Of a DNA stretch of 64,000 nucleotides, positions 31,665 to 41,463 are shown in pieces. The translations under genes and the position numbers were made by a program. The notes under the pieces are model-generated. The model worked only from the letters and a program-made list of their open reading frames with translations. It was not told the origin of the DNA and did no database searches. This DNA comes from Limisphaerales bacterium (GTDB lineage Bacteria > Verrucomicrobiota > Verrucomicrobiia > Limisphaerales > JAJOIW01): NCBI GenBank assembly GCA_965657355.1, contig CBFHOE010000009.1, forward strand, positions 164,076 through 228,075, given 5' to 3'. The first letter of the stretch is position 1; every line of letters begins with the position of its first letter.

Positions 31665-33545
31665 GTGATGGCCAAACCTTACCTTGTATTTTTTGTAATG
31701 ACTCTCTGCATCTCAGGGTCAAAATTATTCGGTATCGAAGATTCACCAAACCTTGCATCAAACGAGCTCCCGCCCAAAACAGCCGATCTGACTAGATTTT
31801 CCGATGAGATCGATCAATTAGTGGCTAACGAATTAATGCGGCTAAATCAGAAAGTCCGACTGGACATCGATGATTATACTTTCTGCCGTCGCCTCTATAT
31901 TGATGCCATTGGTCGCATCCCAACGATTAACGAACTGGAAAACTTTGTGGCCGACAGCCGATCTGACAAACGGGCTCGACTTATCGATGAGCTATTGGCC
32001 TCTAAAGGGTATAATAGCCATTGGTATAACTACTGGGCCGACCTGCTTCGTGTTAAGGATGTGGGAGATAAGCTACATCATTCAGGGAATTTCTCGGAAT
32101 GGATCAAGGACGCCATAAGGAGTAACAAACCATACAACCAGATGGCACATGAATTAATCAATGCGAGAGGCGAACTCTACAAGCCTGGCAATGGTGCGAC
32201 TGGATTTTACGCCCGTGAGCCCATGCCTTTGGATCATCTTGCAAACTCGGTTAAAACATTTATGGGCATGAGTATTGAATGTGCACAATGCCACGACCAC
32301 CCATTTGAGGATTGGTCACAAAAAGATTTCTACAAGTTGGCGGCTTTTGCTTCCAAAACTCATTTACGTGTCGATCCATTACCCAAAGACGAGAGAAAGA
32401 TTTATGCAAAGGATCGCCAAATATTGAAGCAGAGAGATTTTGATGAATGGATTGTTTATCGCGAATCAATTCGAGTCAAACATGCCGCCATCTATGGAAA
32501 CGGTACAGGTTATATGCGCCTCCCCCACGACTATCAATACGAGGATGGTAAGCCGCATGAAGTCATCAAAGCAAATGTGCTCTTCGGTAAGATGCCGAAA
32601 GTCAACTACCAGATAAACAAAAAGAAACTTGAGTCTCTGCCAAAAAACAATTTCGGGCCAGGGATCAATGCACGTGAGTCCATGGCGGATTGGATGACTT
32701 CACCGGAGAATCCTATGTTTACAAAAGCAACTGTAAATCGCTTGTGGCATAAAATTATGGGGACAGAGCTAGTTGGACAGTTAGGTGGGTTAAAATTGGA
32801 AGATATGGGAAAACACCCGCTGTTAACCCAAAAGCTAATGGAGATCATGAAGGCCACAAAATACGACACAAAAAAATTTGTGAGTATTCTCTTCAATTCA
32901 AAAACATACCAAAGCAAGTCGATCGCTTTATCCCAAGACCACCCAGAATATATTTTTGATGGCCCCGTAGTGAGGCGCCTCCCAGCAGAAGTTCTTGTTG
33001 ACTCATTTCTAAGCTTAAAGACTGAGACCCCAGACAAATTTGTTGCCACAGAATTTCGTTGGGATGGATTTACACACTTCTATAAAAAATCCCAAAACAT
33101 GACGGCTAAAGATTTTGTCGACTACTCAATCAAAGGGCCAGGGCGAGGGCGCTTTCAAGCGCGAGAAGAGAGAGAAGCCATGAAACTAAATGGGAATATG
33201 GGACCGAGCAATTTATGGCGTGTGTCTACATTTGGTCGCAATTACAGAGGGCATTGGGTAGCGATGTTGATGGGAAAATCTAATCGGGAGCTTATTGATC
33301 AGGCTAGTCTGGAACCTGATATCCCTCAAATTTTGTTCATGATGAATGGTCTTGGGATTCCGCAGAACGCATTGATCCATCGCAAACTCAATAGCGCCAG
33401 TAATCATGTGAAAAAAATGGAGATATTATGGAAAGCAACTTTAGGTCGATTACCTAAAGACTCCGAAGAACCATTATTCGGCAATGATCCCAAGGATTTG
33501 TTATGGGCTTTGCTTAACTCAAATGAATTTCGATTTGCTAAATAA
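31665..33545 (+). CDS. DUF1549/DUF1553 domain protein (planctomycete cytochrome c-like)
   Basis: FCRRLYIDAIGRIPT, WADLLR, ECAQCHDHPFEDW, WMTSPENPMF..VNRLW, LLWALLNSNEF. Confidence 0.9.
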   Translation: MMAKPYLVFFVMTLCISGSKLFGIEDSPNLASNELPPKTADLTRFSDEIDQLVANELMRLNQKVRLDIDDYTFCRRLYIDAIGRIPTINELENFVADSRSDKRARLIDELLASKGYNSHWYNYWADLLRVKDVGDKLHHSGNFSEWIKDAIRSNKPYNQMAHELINARGELYKPGNGATGFYAREPMPLDHLANSVKTFMGMSIECAQCHDHPFEDWSQKDFYKLAAFASKTHLRVDPLPKDERKIYAKDRQILKQRDFDEWIVYRESIRVKHAAIYGNGTGYMRLPHDYQYEDGKPHEVIKANVLFGKMPKVNYQINKKKLESLPKNNFGPGINARESMADWMTSPENPMFTKATVNRLWHKIMGTELVGQLGGLKLEDMGKHPLLTQKLMEIMKATKYDTKKFVSILFNSKTYQSKSIALSQDHPEYIFDGPVVRRLPAEVLVDSFLSLKTETPDKFVATEFRWDGFTHFYKKSQNMTAKDFVDYSIKGPGRGRFQAREEREAMKLNGNMGPSNLWRVSTFGRNYRGHWVAMLMGKSNRELIDQASLEPDIPQILFMMNGLGIPQNALIHRKLNSASNHVKKMEILWKATLGRLPKDSEEPLFGNDPKDLLWALLNSNEFRFAK

Positions 33546-33549
33546 GTCA

Positions 33550-34782
33550 ATGAACAGAAGAGATTTTATTTATCGCGTGGGTTTGACCGGAATGTCGCTA
33601 CCATTTTTGAATGCGACGAGCGCTCCAAAATACTCAGCAAAGGCCAAATCTGTTATTTATATTTTTTTGAATGGTGGGCTGAGTCAGTATGACAGTTTCA
33701 ATGTTGAAGTCGATAAACCAGTCCTCGGAAATTCAACTATCATTAAAAGTAATGCCGATGGGGTCAGAGTCAGTCACTACTACCCAAAACTTGCCAAGCA
33801 GATGGACAAGCTTCTCGTGCTGAATGCAATGAAGACCAATCAAGGAGCTCACCCTGCGGGAATTTATAAAATGTTAACGAGCTACAATCCACGCTCAACA
33901 GTCACTCACCCTGAGTTGGGAGCCTGGGTTAACAAATACAAAACTAGCCAATTAGACAGCCTTCCAAATTTTGTCAGTATTGGAAATGGACGCGCAGGCA
34001 GCGCCGGATTCTTGCCCGGACAGTGGGCAGCTCTTCCGGTAAAGGACCCAAACAAAGGGATAGATTTTGTGAATCGAAAAGTTGATTTGGAGGACGAAGC
34101 ATTTGAAAAGCGCATCAACATTCTCGACTCATTGAATCGGGATTTCCAGGAGAACTTTGGCGACAAAGAAACCCAATCATACATTGATACGTATGCAGGT
34201 TCTTTGAAATTCATGAACTCAAACGACATCGATGCCTTTGAGTTGAAAAACGAGAACCCCCAGATTATTGATTTATATAACAAAGACAGTTTTAGTCGAA
34301 GCTGCCTCCTTGCCGGACGCCTTGTAGAGCGCGGCGTCCGATTCGTTAAAGTAAACCTGGGGGGATGGGATTATCATAACAGCATCTATTCCAGAATGCC
34401 TTCCAATGCCAATAAACTTGATAGTGGTTTGTCTTCGCTACTTACCCACTTGAACGTAAAAGGAATGTTGGATTCTACTTTGGTTGTTGTTTCCACTGAG
34501 TTCGGCCGAAAACCGGATGTAAATCCCAACAAAGGACGCGACCACCACCCAGATGGTTTCACCTGTTTGATGGCAGGTGCAGGTGTAAAAGCCGGTCAGA
34601 TTTATGGAACAACAACCAAGGACGGAAAACATGCCTATGAGAACATTTTGGACGTTACTGATTTCAATGCTTCCATAGCATGGCGACTTGGGATCGACCC
34701 CGACTATGAAGAGAATTCCACCAACGGTCGACCATTCCGATTAGCTAATAAAGGGAAAGCTCGTAAAGAATTATTCAGCTGA
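33550..34782 (+). CDS. DUF1501 domain protein (Tat-exported)
   Basis: MNRRDFI, AKSVIYIFLNGGLSQYDSF, CLLAGRLVERGVRFV, GGWDYH, TEFGRKP, GRDHHP. ATG lies 4 nt after the upstream stop. Confidence 0.9.
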   Translation: MNRRDFIYRVGLTGMSLPFLNATSAPKYSAKAKSVIYIFLNGGLSQYDSFNVEVDKPVLGNSTIIKSNADGVRVSHYYPKLAKQMDKLLVLNAMKTNQGAHPAGIYKMLTSYNPRSTVTHPELGAWVNKYKTSQLDSLPNFVSIGNGRAGSAGFLPGQWAALPVKDPNKGIDFVNRKVDLEDEAFEKRINILDSLNRDFQENFGDKETQSYIDTYAGSLKFMNSNDIDAFELKNENPQIIDLYNKDSFSRSCLLAGRLVERGVRFVKVNLGGWDYHNSIYSRMPSNANKLDSGLSSLLTHLNVKGMLDSTLVVVSTEFGRKPDVNPNKGRDHHPDGFTCLMAGAGVKAGQIYGTTTKDGKHAYENILDVTDFNASIAWRLGIDPDYEENSTNGRPFRLANKGKARKELFS

Positions 34783-35021
34783 GCTGGTCAGAGGCATAAG
34801 TTGGTAATTTGGAGTGTTTGTATACTCCTGGCTCATTCCAGTAAAAAAACGCGCATTGGTAATCAAAATATTTTCGACTGCGATTATTATAAAAATTTCC
34901 ACAGTATTCGATCACCAGGTGGGCAAAAAAAATCCTTGGAGAAAGTTTATGATGCTCAGCATCGTTTGCTACATTTATGATTTAAACTCAAGATTTTTTC
35001 CGAGAGATCTATCCAAAGCTA

Positions 35022-36131
35022 CTATCTAAAGGATTCAGGCAATACGACTTCATAGATATGGGCATGCCCTGTTCGGTCAGAAGTAAAAACAATTCTTCTC
35101 CCATCAGGTGAGAAATTGGGGTGTGGATGAGTATGCTGAGGAGCATAAACTTTTACGGGGCCATCGTCGTATGGGCAATGATCGTTACTCCAATGATCGC
35201 CTGCATTGGAAGACCCTGTCGAGCAGACCTCTAGATCTTCGTTATTGGGGAGATCAACCGTAAATAGTTTTAATCCGACATCGGGATCTCGCGTATCTGT
35301 GACCATTATTTGACCCGTTCTATCGATCATGGGATGCCAAGCATTGGTTTGAATAACTTTACGCACTTCGCCTGTCAACGCATTGATACCGATTACCCCC
35401 TTGGGCCAGTTTACGGTAAGGATCTCCATTGTTCCAGGTCGCCAGGTCTCGTGCACTATCCATTCTTTTTTCTTTTCATCTCTCTTGTAAAGAAGCTTGT
35501 CATGCGAGCCATCTCGGCGAACAGTCCAAATTCGAGAGTGATATGGGCCAGCATACCGCAATAAATTGGGATCATCGGGATGAAATTGTGGGTGCCCAAT
35601 AGAATCCTTTTCGAGGATAATTTCTGATTTTCCAGAACTTGTATCGACAACAAAAAACCGAGCAAGCTCTCCCGATTTTACTGGTATGGCCCACCAACGA
35701 TCATCACGACTCAAAGTTGTTGTCCCCATGGCGGCACCTACCATCCCTTTTTCTCGAATATTGTCGGTTTCGAAGTGAACCAACTGTTCTTCTTTTAGTG
35801 ATTGGGTATCGACTCTCCATGCACCTGCTCCTGCGGTGAAGTAGACGAATCGCCCGTCATGTGATGGGTGAATAGACCACTCATTCAAATCGCTGCGATC
35901 GGTCAATTGCATTAATTGACCAGAATCCCAATGCATAGCGAATATTTGAGGGATGCCTGTGCGATGAGAAACCAGAATCAGTCGCTGCATTGCATCGTCC
36001 CATGCAGGAAGATAATAAAAAGGATGATGATGGATAGAAGGATGAGATGTCAGCTGCCGCACCCGAACTCCATTCGAGGCTTCAGAAAACGCCATCACTT
36101 CACTTGAAAATAAAGTCCCTTTACTCATCAC
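35022..36131 (-). CDS. Oligogalacturonate lyase-like (PL22) beta-propeller
   Basis: IGHPQF, IVHETW and QHTHPHPNFSPDG match the His base and Mn-ligand motifs of Ogl. No signal peptide. Confidence 0.75.
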   Translation of the reverse strand: MMSKGTLFSSEVMAFSEASNGVRVRQLTSHPSIHHHPFYYLPAWDDAMQRLILVSHRTGIPQIFAMHWDSGQLMQLTDRSDLNEWSIHPSHDGRFVYFTAGAGAWRVDTQSLKEEQLVHFETDNIREKGMVGAAMGTTTLSRDDRWWAIPVKSGELARFFVVDTSSGKSEIILEKDSIGHPQFHPDDPNLLRYAGPYHSRIWTVRRDGSHDKLLYKRDEKKKEWIVHETWRPGTMEILTVNWPKGVIGINALTGEVRKVIQTNAWHPMIDRTGQIMVTDTRDPDVGLKLFTVDLPNNEDLEVCSTGSSNAGDHWSNDHCPYDDGPVKVYAPQHTHPHPNFSPDGRRIVFTSDRTGHAHIYEVVLPESFR

Positions 36132-37128
36132 AATACCTCATCAGTATTTCAGTATTACTGTGCAAAATGTTAGCTGGAATTCCATCCACAGCACGCATGG
36201 TTGACTCAATCTCACCAAAAGGAAAATCTGTTGCAAAATAGACCTGCTTCGGGCCAAAAAATGATAAAGCGGCTTCGACTCCGATGCGCGAACCAAAGGT
36301 TGCCGTGTCTGCATGAAATCGATGAAATGCCGAAATTACAGACTCTTTTAATGGAGTGGCCGCAGCATCCATGTCTCCTGGGGCATATCGAGTTCCAAGC
36401 GCCTTTAATCCATATTCGAGTCGCCCATCAAGAATAGGAATAGTTCCTCCACCATGGTGGGTGATTATTTTTAAATCCGGAAAACGATCAAACAAACCGG
36501 AGAACACCAATCGCCCAGCGCAGACACTCGTTTCATGAGGCCAGCCAAGTGCCCACCAAAGATCGTACTTTGAAATAGTTTCATTGGTATAATCAGCGTG
36601 GCGACTCGAACGCAAAGGGTGCAACCAAACTGGGCATTTCATTTCAGCCAAGAATTCAAGAACCGCCATAGGTTCAGGTTGATCTAAAGCCAAACCGTTT
36701 ATATGAGTATAAACTTGAACGCCGACCGCACCTAATTCGGTGATGACCCGCTGAGCCTCCCTCATTCCGGCTTCCGGGTTATTCATAGGTAGGGAGGCAA
36801 TGAAACCGGGAAAGCGAGCAGGATCTCTCATGCACCATTCTTTCAAACAATCATTCCCAATGCGGACAAGCTCTGGGGAATAGTTCGGGTCCGCTATACT
36901 TTCTGGTGCGGGTGAGGCCAAGCTGAGTAATTGGCGATAGTTATTATATCCGTCGATAATTTTACAGCGTTCGTCGAAATCAGACATGCCAGGCATGACA
37001 ATAGCACGATCAAACATGACCATGGGTGCGGCCATGTGAGAGAGACACGCCTTTATGTATCGAGGCGGTAAGCAATGATTAAAAATATCAGTCAGAACTT
37101 CAGACATTCCCGGAGCATTATCTGACAA
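36121..37128 (-). CDS. Amidohydrolase-2 family metal-dependent hydrolase/decarboxylase
   Basis: DIFNH, ELGAVGVQVYT, PVWLHP, LFDRFPDLKIITHHGGG, FATDFPF. Confidence 0.8.
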   Translation of the reverse strand: MSDNAPGMSEVLTDIFNHCLPPRYIKACLSHMAAPMVMFDRAIVMPGMSDFDERCKIIDGYNNYRQLLSLASPAPESIADPNYSPELVRIGNDCLKEWCMRDPARFPGFIASLPMNNPEAGMREAQRVITELGAVGVQVYTHINGLALDQPEPMAVLEFLAEMKCPVWLHPLRSSRHADYTNETISKYDLWWALGWPHETSVCAGRLVFSGLFDRFPDLKIITHHGGGTIPILDGRLEYGLKALGTRYAPGDMDAAATPLKESVISAFHRFHADTATFGSRIGVEAALSFFGPKQVYFATDFPFGEIESTMRAVDGIPANILHSNTEILMRYCDE

Positions 37129-38083
37129 CTGGATAATCGATAGCTTTCAGCTGATCTCTAATGCTTTGAATACTTTCTGGGGAAAGTGGGCGAATCGGGC
37201 GACGGAAATGGGGACTAGGAAACCTACCCATCAACCAGCGCGCAACTTTCATCCGCTGGTGCGCTCCACACCCAGGTTCTCCAAAATTGTAAATAAGCCG
37301 TGCAAGAGGGGCGACAACCTCACGGGCTTTGCGGGCACCAGCAAGATCGCCGTCTAATGCCGAGTGAACTGTTTTTACCATGAGCTCTGGAACAAAACCG
37401 GCAAACCCTATCAATGCACCGTCGGCTCCTTCTAACAGAGTTGGTAAAAGAAACTCGTCATGACAGGTGACAATAGACACATTTGGTGCAGCAAGTTTTA
37501 ACTGCTCATAATCAAACAACCAACGAGACATATCCCTTGTCCCCATCTTGATCATGACGACCTCGGGAATCTTGACCATTTCCAACATTTCTTCGAGGGT
37601 ATATCCAGCTTTTGTCCATGCAGGATACTGGTGGATGATTATTGGGACACCGGCTCCTTCTGCGACATCGCGTATAAAGCCAATTGCAGTTTCTGAGCTT
37701 CGACCAAAACGAAGCCAATGATGCGGAGGCATAAGAAGTATAGCATCAGCACCTGCATCGCGGGCAGATTTAGCCATGTCAATAGCCTCGTGCGACCCTT
37801 CTGCGGAGACTCCAGTAATTGTCTTTATCGCACGACCAGATTTTGTGCTTACGGCATCTACCGCAGACCTAGCAATAGAAGTGACCTGATCTCTTTCCTT
37901 CGGTTTGAGAGACATTATTTCTCCGGTGTGACCATTACATACAACACCATTGATCCCGTCCACAGAGGCCACTTCAGAAATGTATTCAGAGAGCCCCGCT
38001 TCATCTATGGATTCATCGTCATGAAAAGGGCACAGTGTCGCCGGATAGACTCCGGACCAAGGTTGTTTTTTCCAATTACTCAT
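37118..38083 (-). CDS. DHDPS/NAL family class I aldolase/dehydratase
   Basis: GVYPATLCPF, NGHTGE, GADAILLMPP, HQYP, Schiff-base Lys in MIKMG. Confidence 0.85.
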   Translation of the reverse strand: MSNWKKQPWSGVYPATLCPFHDDESIDEAGLSEYISEVASVDGINGVVCNGHTGEIMSLKPKERDQVTSIARSAVDAVSTKSGRAIKTITGVSAEGSHEAIDMAKSARDAGADAILLMPPHHWLRFGRSSETAIGFIRDVAEGAGVPIIIHQYPAWTKAGYTLEEMLEMVKIPEVVMIKMGTRDMSRWLFDYEQLKLAAPNVSIVTCHDEFLLPTLLEGADGALIGFAGFVPELMVKTVHSALDGDLAGARKAREVVAPLARLIYNFGEPGCGAHQRMKVARWLMGRFPSPHFRRPIRPLSPESIQSIRDQLKAIDYPVVR

Positions 38084-38098
38084 TTTTTTAAGGTTAAT

Positions 38099-39814
38099 TT
38101 AAGGTGCTATCCAAACGAAGAAAAGAATCAAGGAAACAACCCCAAAACTGCCAACGAAAAATCCGATCACAGACGTTTTTGATGGCTTTGGTATCTCAAA
38201 TCCAAACTTCGTGAAAAGCATTCCACGGGCAGCAGGCTTGACCCCTTGAGGCAATTTACATGGGGACTCCAAAATTTCCCCGTCCTGAATAGGAGTTCGT
38301 GTCAATTGATAGAATCGATCAAGTCGTTCCTTGGGCATTGGTCGGGTGAATAGACTCACCAAAACCCCTGCTGCAGTAGCAGCACTTAAATAGAAAACTA
38401 TTCCCCATGGTTCATAAATCCCCACTTCACCATTTTCGGTATAAAGCAATCTCAGAGGCTCCGCCAGCGAAAGCCCTTTTACCCATTCGATAAAAAAACT
38501 TTGCTCGAGCAACCACCAGGCTGCAAAGCCAAAAACCGTACTCGCCCATGCTCCAATCGTCGTGCAGCCTCGCCATAGTAAGCCGAGCCAAAAAGCAACT
38601 CCCATCATAGGTGCAATTTTCAACCAGATCATCAGTCCAGCGATCACATTTGGAAGCCAAAAGGCAAAAAGCATCCCCAAAACTACAATGACCAAGGCAG
38701 CAAATCGCCCAACCCAAAGGTAATGTTTTTGGCTGCAACCTGGTCTTTTTGTTCGGTAAATATTTTCGGTAAACAAGGCAGATGCCGCAATCATAAACGA
38801 ATCACAAGAGCTCATAATCGCGGCAAGAAGTGATGCTATAAAAACTCCAAGCACGCCTATTGGGAGAAATCTATAGGCAACATCGCCATAGACGTTATCC
38901 GCGCTGATCTCATCCAACCCGATTCCCTGCTTTTGGTAATAAGCAAGTGCGGCAATACCAGTGAGACACCAAGCTACTGTGCAGACCCGCTTAATGAAGG
39001 TACCGCACATGTAACCAACACGGCCCTCATTCTCCGTTTTACCGGCTGCACAATTTCCCATTGCGCTCGGAAAGGCAACGATGCCAACAATGACCTGAAT
39101 AGACATCATGACGATCCAAAAAATCCCAATTTTTCCGGGAGCAACTAGGGACAATTTTTCAGCATGGTTCGGTTCGAGTATAGTGCGGACTCCTTCAAGT
39201 CCGCCTACAGCATTTAGAATGAATGGAAGTAAAATAAATGAAAAGAGCAAGGTCATTACACCCTGCACAAAATCGGTTATGATGGCAGCAGCCAAGCCAC
39301 CAGCCATCCCGTAAGCGACGAACAAAATGGTGGTAAGAACGATAGCAATGTTGGCGTCGACCAAACCACCAGTGCCTGATTCGATAAGGGCACCCGCACC
39401 CTTCATCATAAGTCCCAATTTAGTCACCATGCTTGCAATGCCGACGACAGCAAAGAGCATGGCAAAGCTTCGACCATAGCGTAACTCGTACACATCAGCA
39501 GTTGTTGTGGCCCTGAATCGACGCATGATAGGAGCAATGAGCCAATAAAAAGGGGTCATCAATAACCAGAACCACTGAAACCAAATTCCAGATACACCAT
39601 TGCGGGCAGTCGCAGATGCAACGGTCACGGCCTGATCTGATGCCGTACCAGTCCCAAACGCATGCATCATCATCATCCATTTACCGAAGCGCCTGGGCAT
39701 AAAGAAATCTTGGGAGCGCTTGATACGGCGTCCAGACCAAATACCTAGGATCGTGACACCTAGTAAATAAATGATCACGACAAGGCCATCAAACCAATGA
39801 AGCGAATCGGGCAT
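38099..39814 (-). CDS. Sodium:solute symporter (SSS) family transporter
   Basis: Multiple TM segments, YGMAGGLAAAIITDFVQG, LLAAIMSSCDS. ATG at 39814 preferred (the ORF track begins at 39877). Confidence 0.9.
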   Translation of the reverse strand: MPDSLHWFDGLVVIIYLLGVTILGIWSGRRIKRSQDFFMPRRFGKWMMMMHAFGTGTASDQAVTVASATARNGVSGIWFQWFWLLMTPFYWLIAPIMRRFRATTTADVYELRYGRSFAMLFAVVGIASMVTKLGLMMKGAGALIESGTGGLVDANIAIVLTTILFVAYGMAGGLAAAIITDFVQGVMTLLFSFILLPFILNAVGGLEGVRTILEPNHAEKLSLVAPGKIGIFWIVMMSIQVIVGIVAFPSAMGNCAAGKTENEGRVGYMCGTFIKRVCTVAWCLTGIAALAYYQKQGIGLDEISADNVYGDVAYRFLPIGVLGVFIASLLAAIMSSCDSFMIAASALFTENIYRTKRPGCSQKHYLWVGRFAALVIVVLGMLFAFWLPNVIAGLMIWLKIAPMMGVAFWLGLLWRGCTTIGAWASTVFGFAAWWLLEQSFFIEWVKGLSLAEPLRLLYTENGEVGIYEPWGIVFYLSAATAAGVLVSLFTRPMPKERLDRFYQLTRTPIQDGEILESPCKLPQGVKPAARGMLFTKFGFEIPKPSKTSVIGFFVGSFGVVSLILFFVWIAP

Positions 39815-40095
39815 CGTTATATAATTAGATTGAAGACTTCGAAATTTATATACCAAACAAAAAAATGCAAAGACCAAAAGCCAAAAATATTCCTCAACAA
39901 AATTTTTAGAAAAATTTGATCACTTAATAATTCACAGGCAAGAAAACAGCTGATTATTCGACTTATGTTTTCCTTTAATAAATATTCCTTATATTTGATG
40001 GAACGCGATGCTTAGAACCGGAATTCTTGAAGATTCCATAAATCTATATTTAGAATAGATCCCGAATCCTTCTGTCTAAAACAATATATATAAAT

Positions 40096-41373
40096 ATGGC
40101 AATAACTATCGATAGCCACCTGTACCGAATTGTATTGGCCTACTTGCTGATAATGACATTTGTGACAAAACTTGAGTACGTTCATGCTCAGGATGACGTG
40201 CCGTGGACAGCACGTCAGGATGTGATAGAAAAGTTTTCCAAACGAAATAAGTTTAACTACATTGAATCCGAAGTTCCCGCTTACTCACTCCCCGACTCAC
40301 TAAATGCTGCTGATGGATCGGTTGTCAAATCAGCTAAACAGTGGAATGAATTTCGACGAGAGGAAATCCTGAATTTATTTCGCGACCAGGTATACGGCTT
40401 CAGGCCTAGCACCAAATACAAACTGTCATTTCAGCAAATAGCTGAGGAGAAGAATGCCGTTGATGGTATTGCGATTGGAAAAAGTATGATAGCAAAAGTA
40501 ATCATCGGTCAAAGGTCGTATGAATGGCCATTTATCTTATTTTTACCTAAAAAAACTCAGGCTCCGGTCCCGGCCATTATTCATATAAACAATCGATATT
40601 TTACTCCGCTAAAAGATGCCGCGACCCGGCATGACCCGTTCTGGTCCGTCCGGCAAATCCTTGAACGAGGTTACGCAACCGCTTCGTTTCACACTTCTCA
40701 TGTCGATCCCGATAAAAAGAATGGCTACGCAGATGGCATCCGTGCCTTCTTTGCGGAGGGTGATCTACCTACAGACAGCGCCTGGCGAGCTCTTTCCGCT
40801 TGGGGTTGGGCAGCTAGCCGTTTATTGGATTATTTCGAAACCACACATGCCATCGATGAAAAAAGGATTGCTGTTGTTGGGCATTCTCGCGGAGGTAAAG
40901 CATCTCTTTGGGCCGCTGCTGAAGACGAAAGATTTGCCATTGCATATAGCAATAACTCTGGATGCGGGGGAGCCGCACTTTCTCGTCGAGTCTATGGGGA
41001 AACTGTATCCAGAATCACCACCAGTTTTCCATACTGGTTTTGCGCTAACTTTGCAGCTTATGGAGGTAAAGAATATCAATTACCAGTGGACCAGCACCAA
41101 TTGATCGGGCTCATAGCACCTCGAGGGGTGTACGTGACAAGTGCGGATGAAGACCTCTGGGCTGACCCAAAAGGAGAATATACCTCTATTGTCGAATCAG
41201 CGCCTGTCTTCAAATTGCTTGGCAAAAACTCGATCACACAATCAATTATGCCAGCTTTAAATAAGCCACGAATCGTGGGCCAAACTGGATATCACATTCG
41301 CACCAAAGAACATGACCTTAAGGACAAAGATTGGGAGTGGTTTCTGAATTTTGCCGATTCACTTTTAAAGTGA
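40096..41373 (+). CDS. CE15 4-O-methyl-glucuronoyl methylesterase (glucuronoyl esterase)-like
   Basis: WGWAASRLLDYF, GHSRGGK, NNSGCGGAALSRR, LPVDQHQLIGLIAPR, DLWADPKGE. Confidence 0.85.
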   Translation: MAITIDSHLYRIVLAYLLIMTFVTKLEYVHAQDDVPWTARQDVIEKFSKRNKFNYIESEVPAYSLPDSLNAADGSVVKSAKQWNEFRREEILNLFRDQVYGFRPSTKYKLSFQQIAEEKNAVDGIAIGKSMIAKVIIGQRSYEWPFILFLPKKTQAPVPAIIHINNRYFTPLKDAATRHDPFWSVRQILERGYATASFHTSHVDPDKKNGYADGIRAFFAEGDLPTDSAWRALSAWGWAASRLLDYFETTHAIDEKRIAVVGHSRGGKASLWAAAEDERFAIAYSNNSGCGGAALSRRVYGETVSRITTSFPYWFCANFAAYGGKEYQLPVDQHQLIGLIAPRGVYVTSADEDLWADPKGEYTSIVESAPVFKLLGKNSITQSIMPALNKPRIVGQTGYHIRTKEHDLKDKDWEWFLNFADSLLK

Positions 41374-41463
41374 GACGAAATGGATATTTTCAGTGGTATC
41401 TCAAAAGCGTCCAGGAGAAAGAAACAATATGAAATCGTTCTGATTAATAAAAACAATTCGTAG

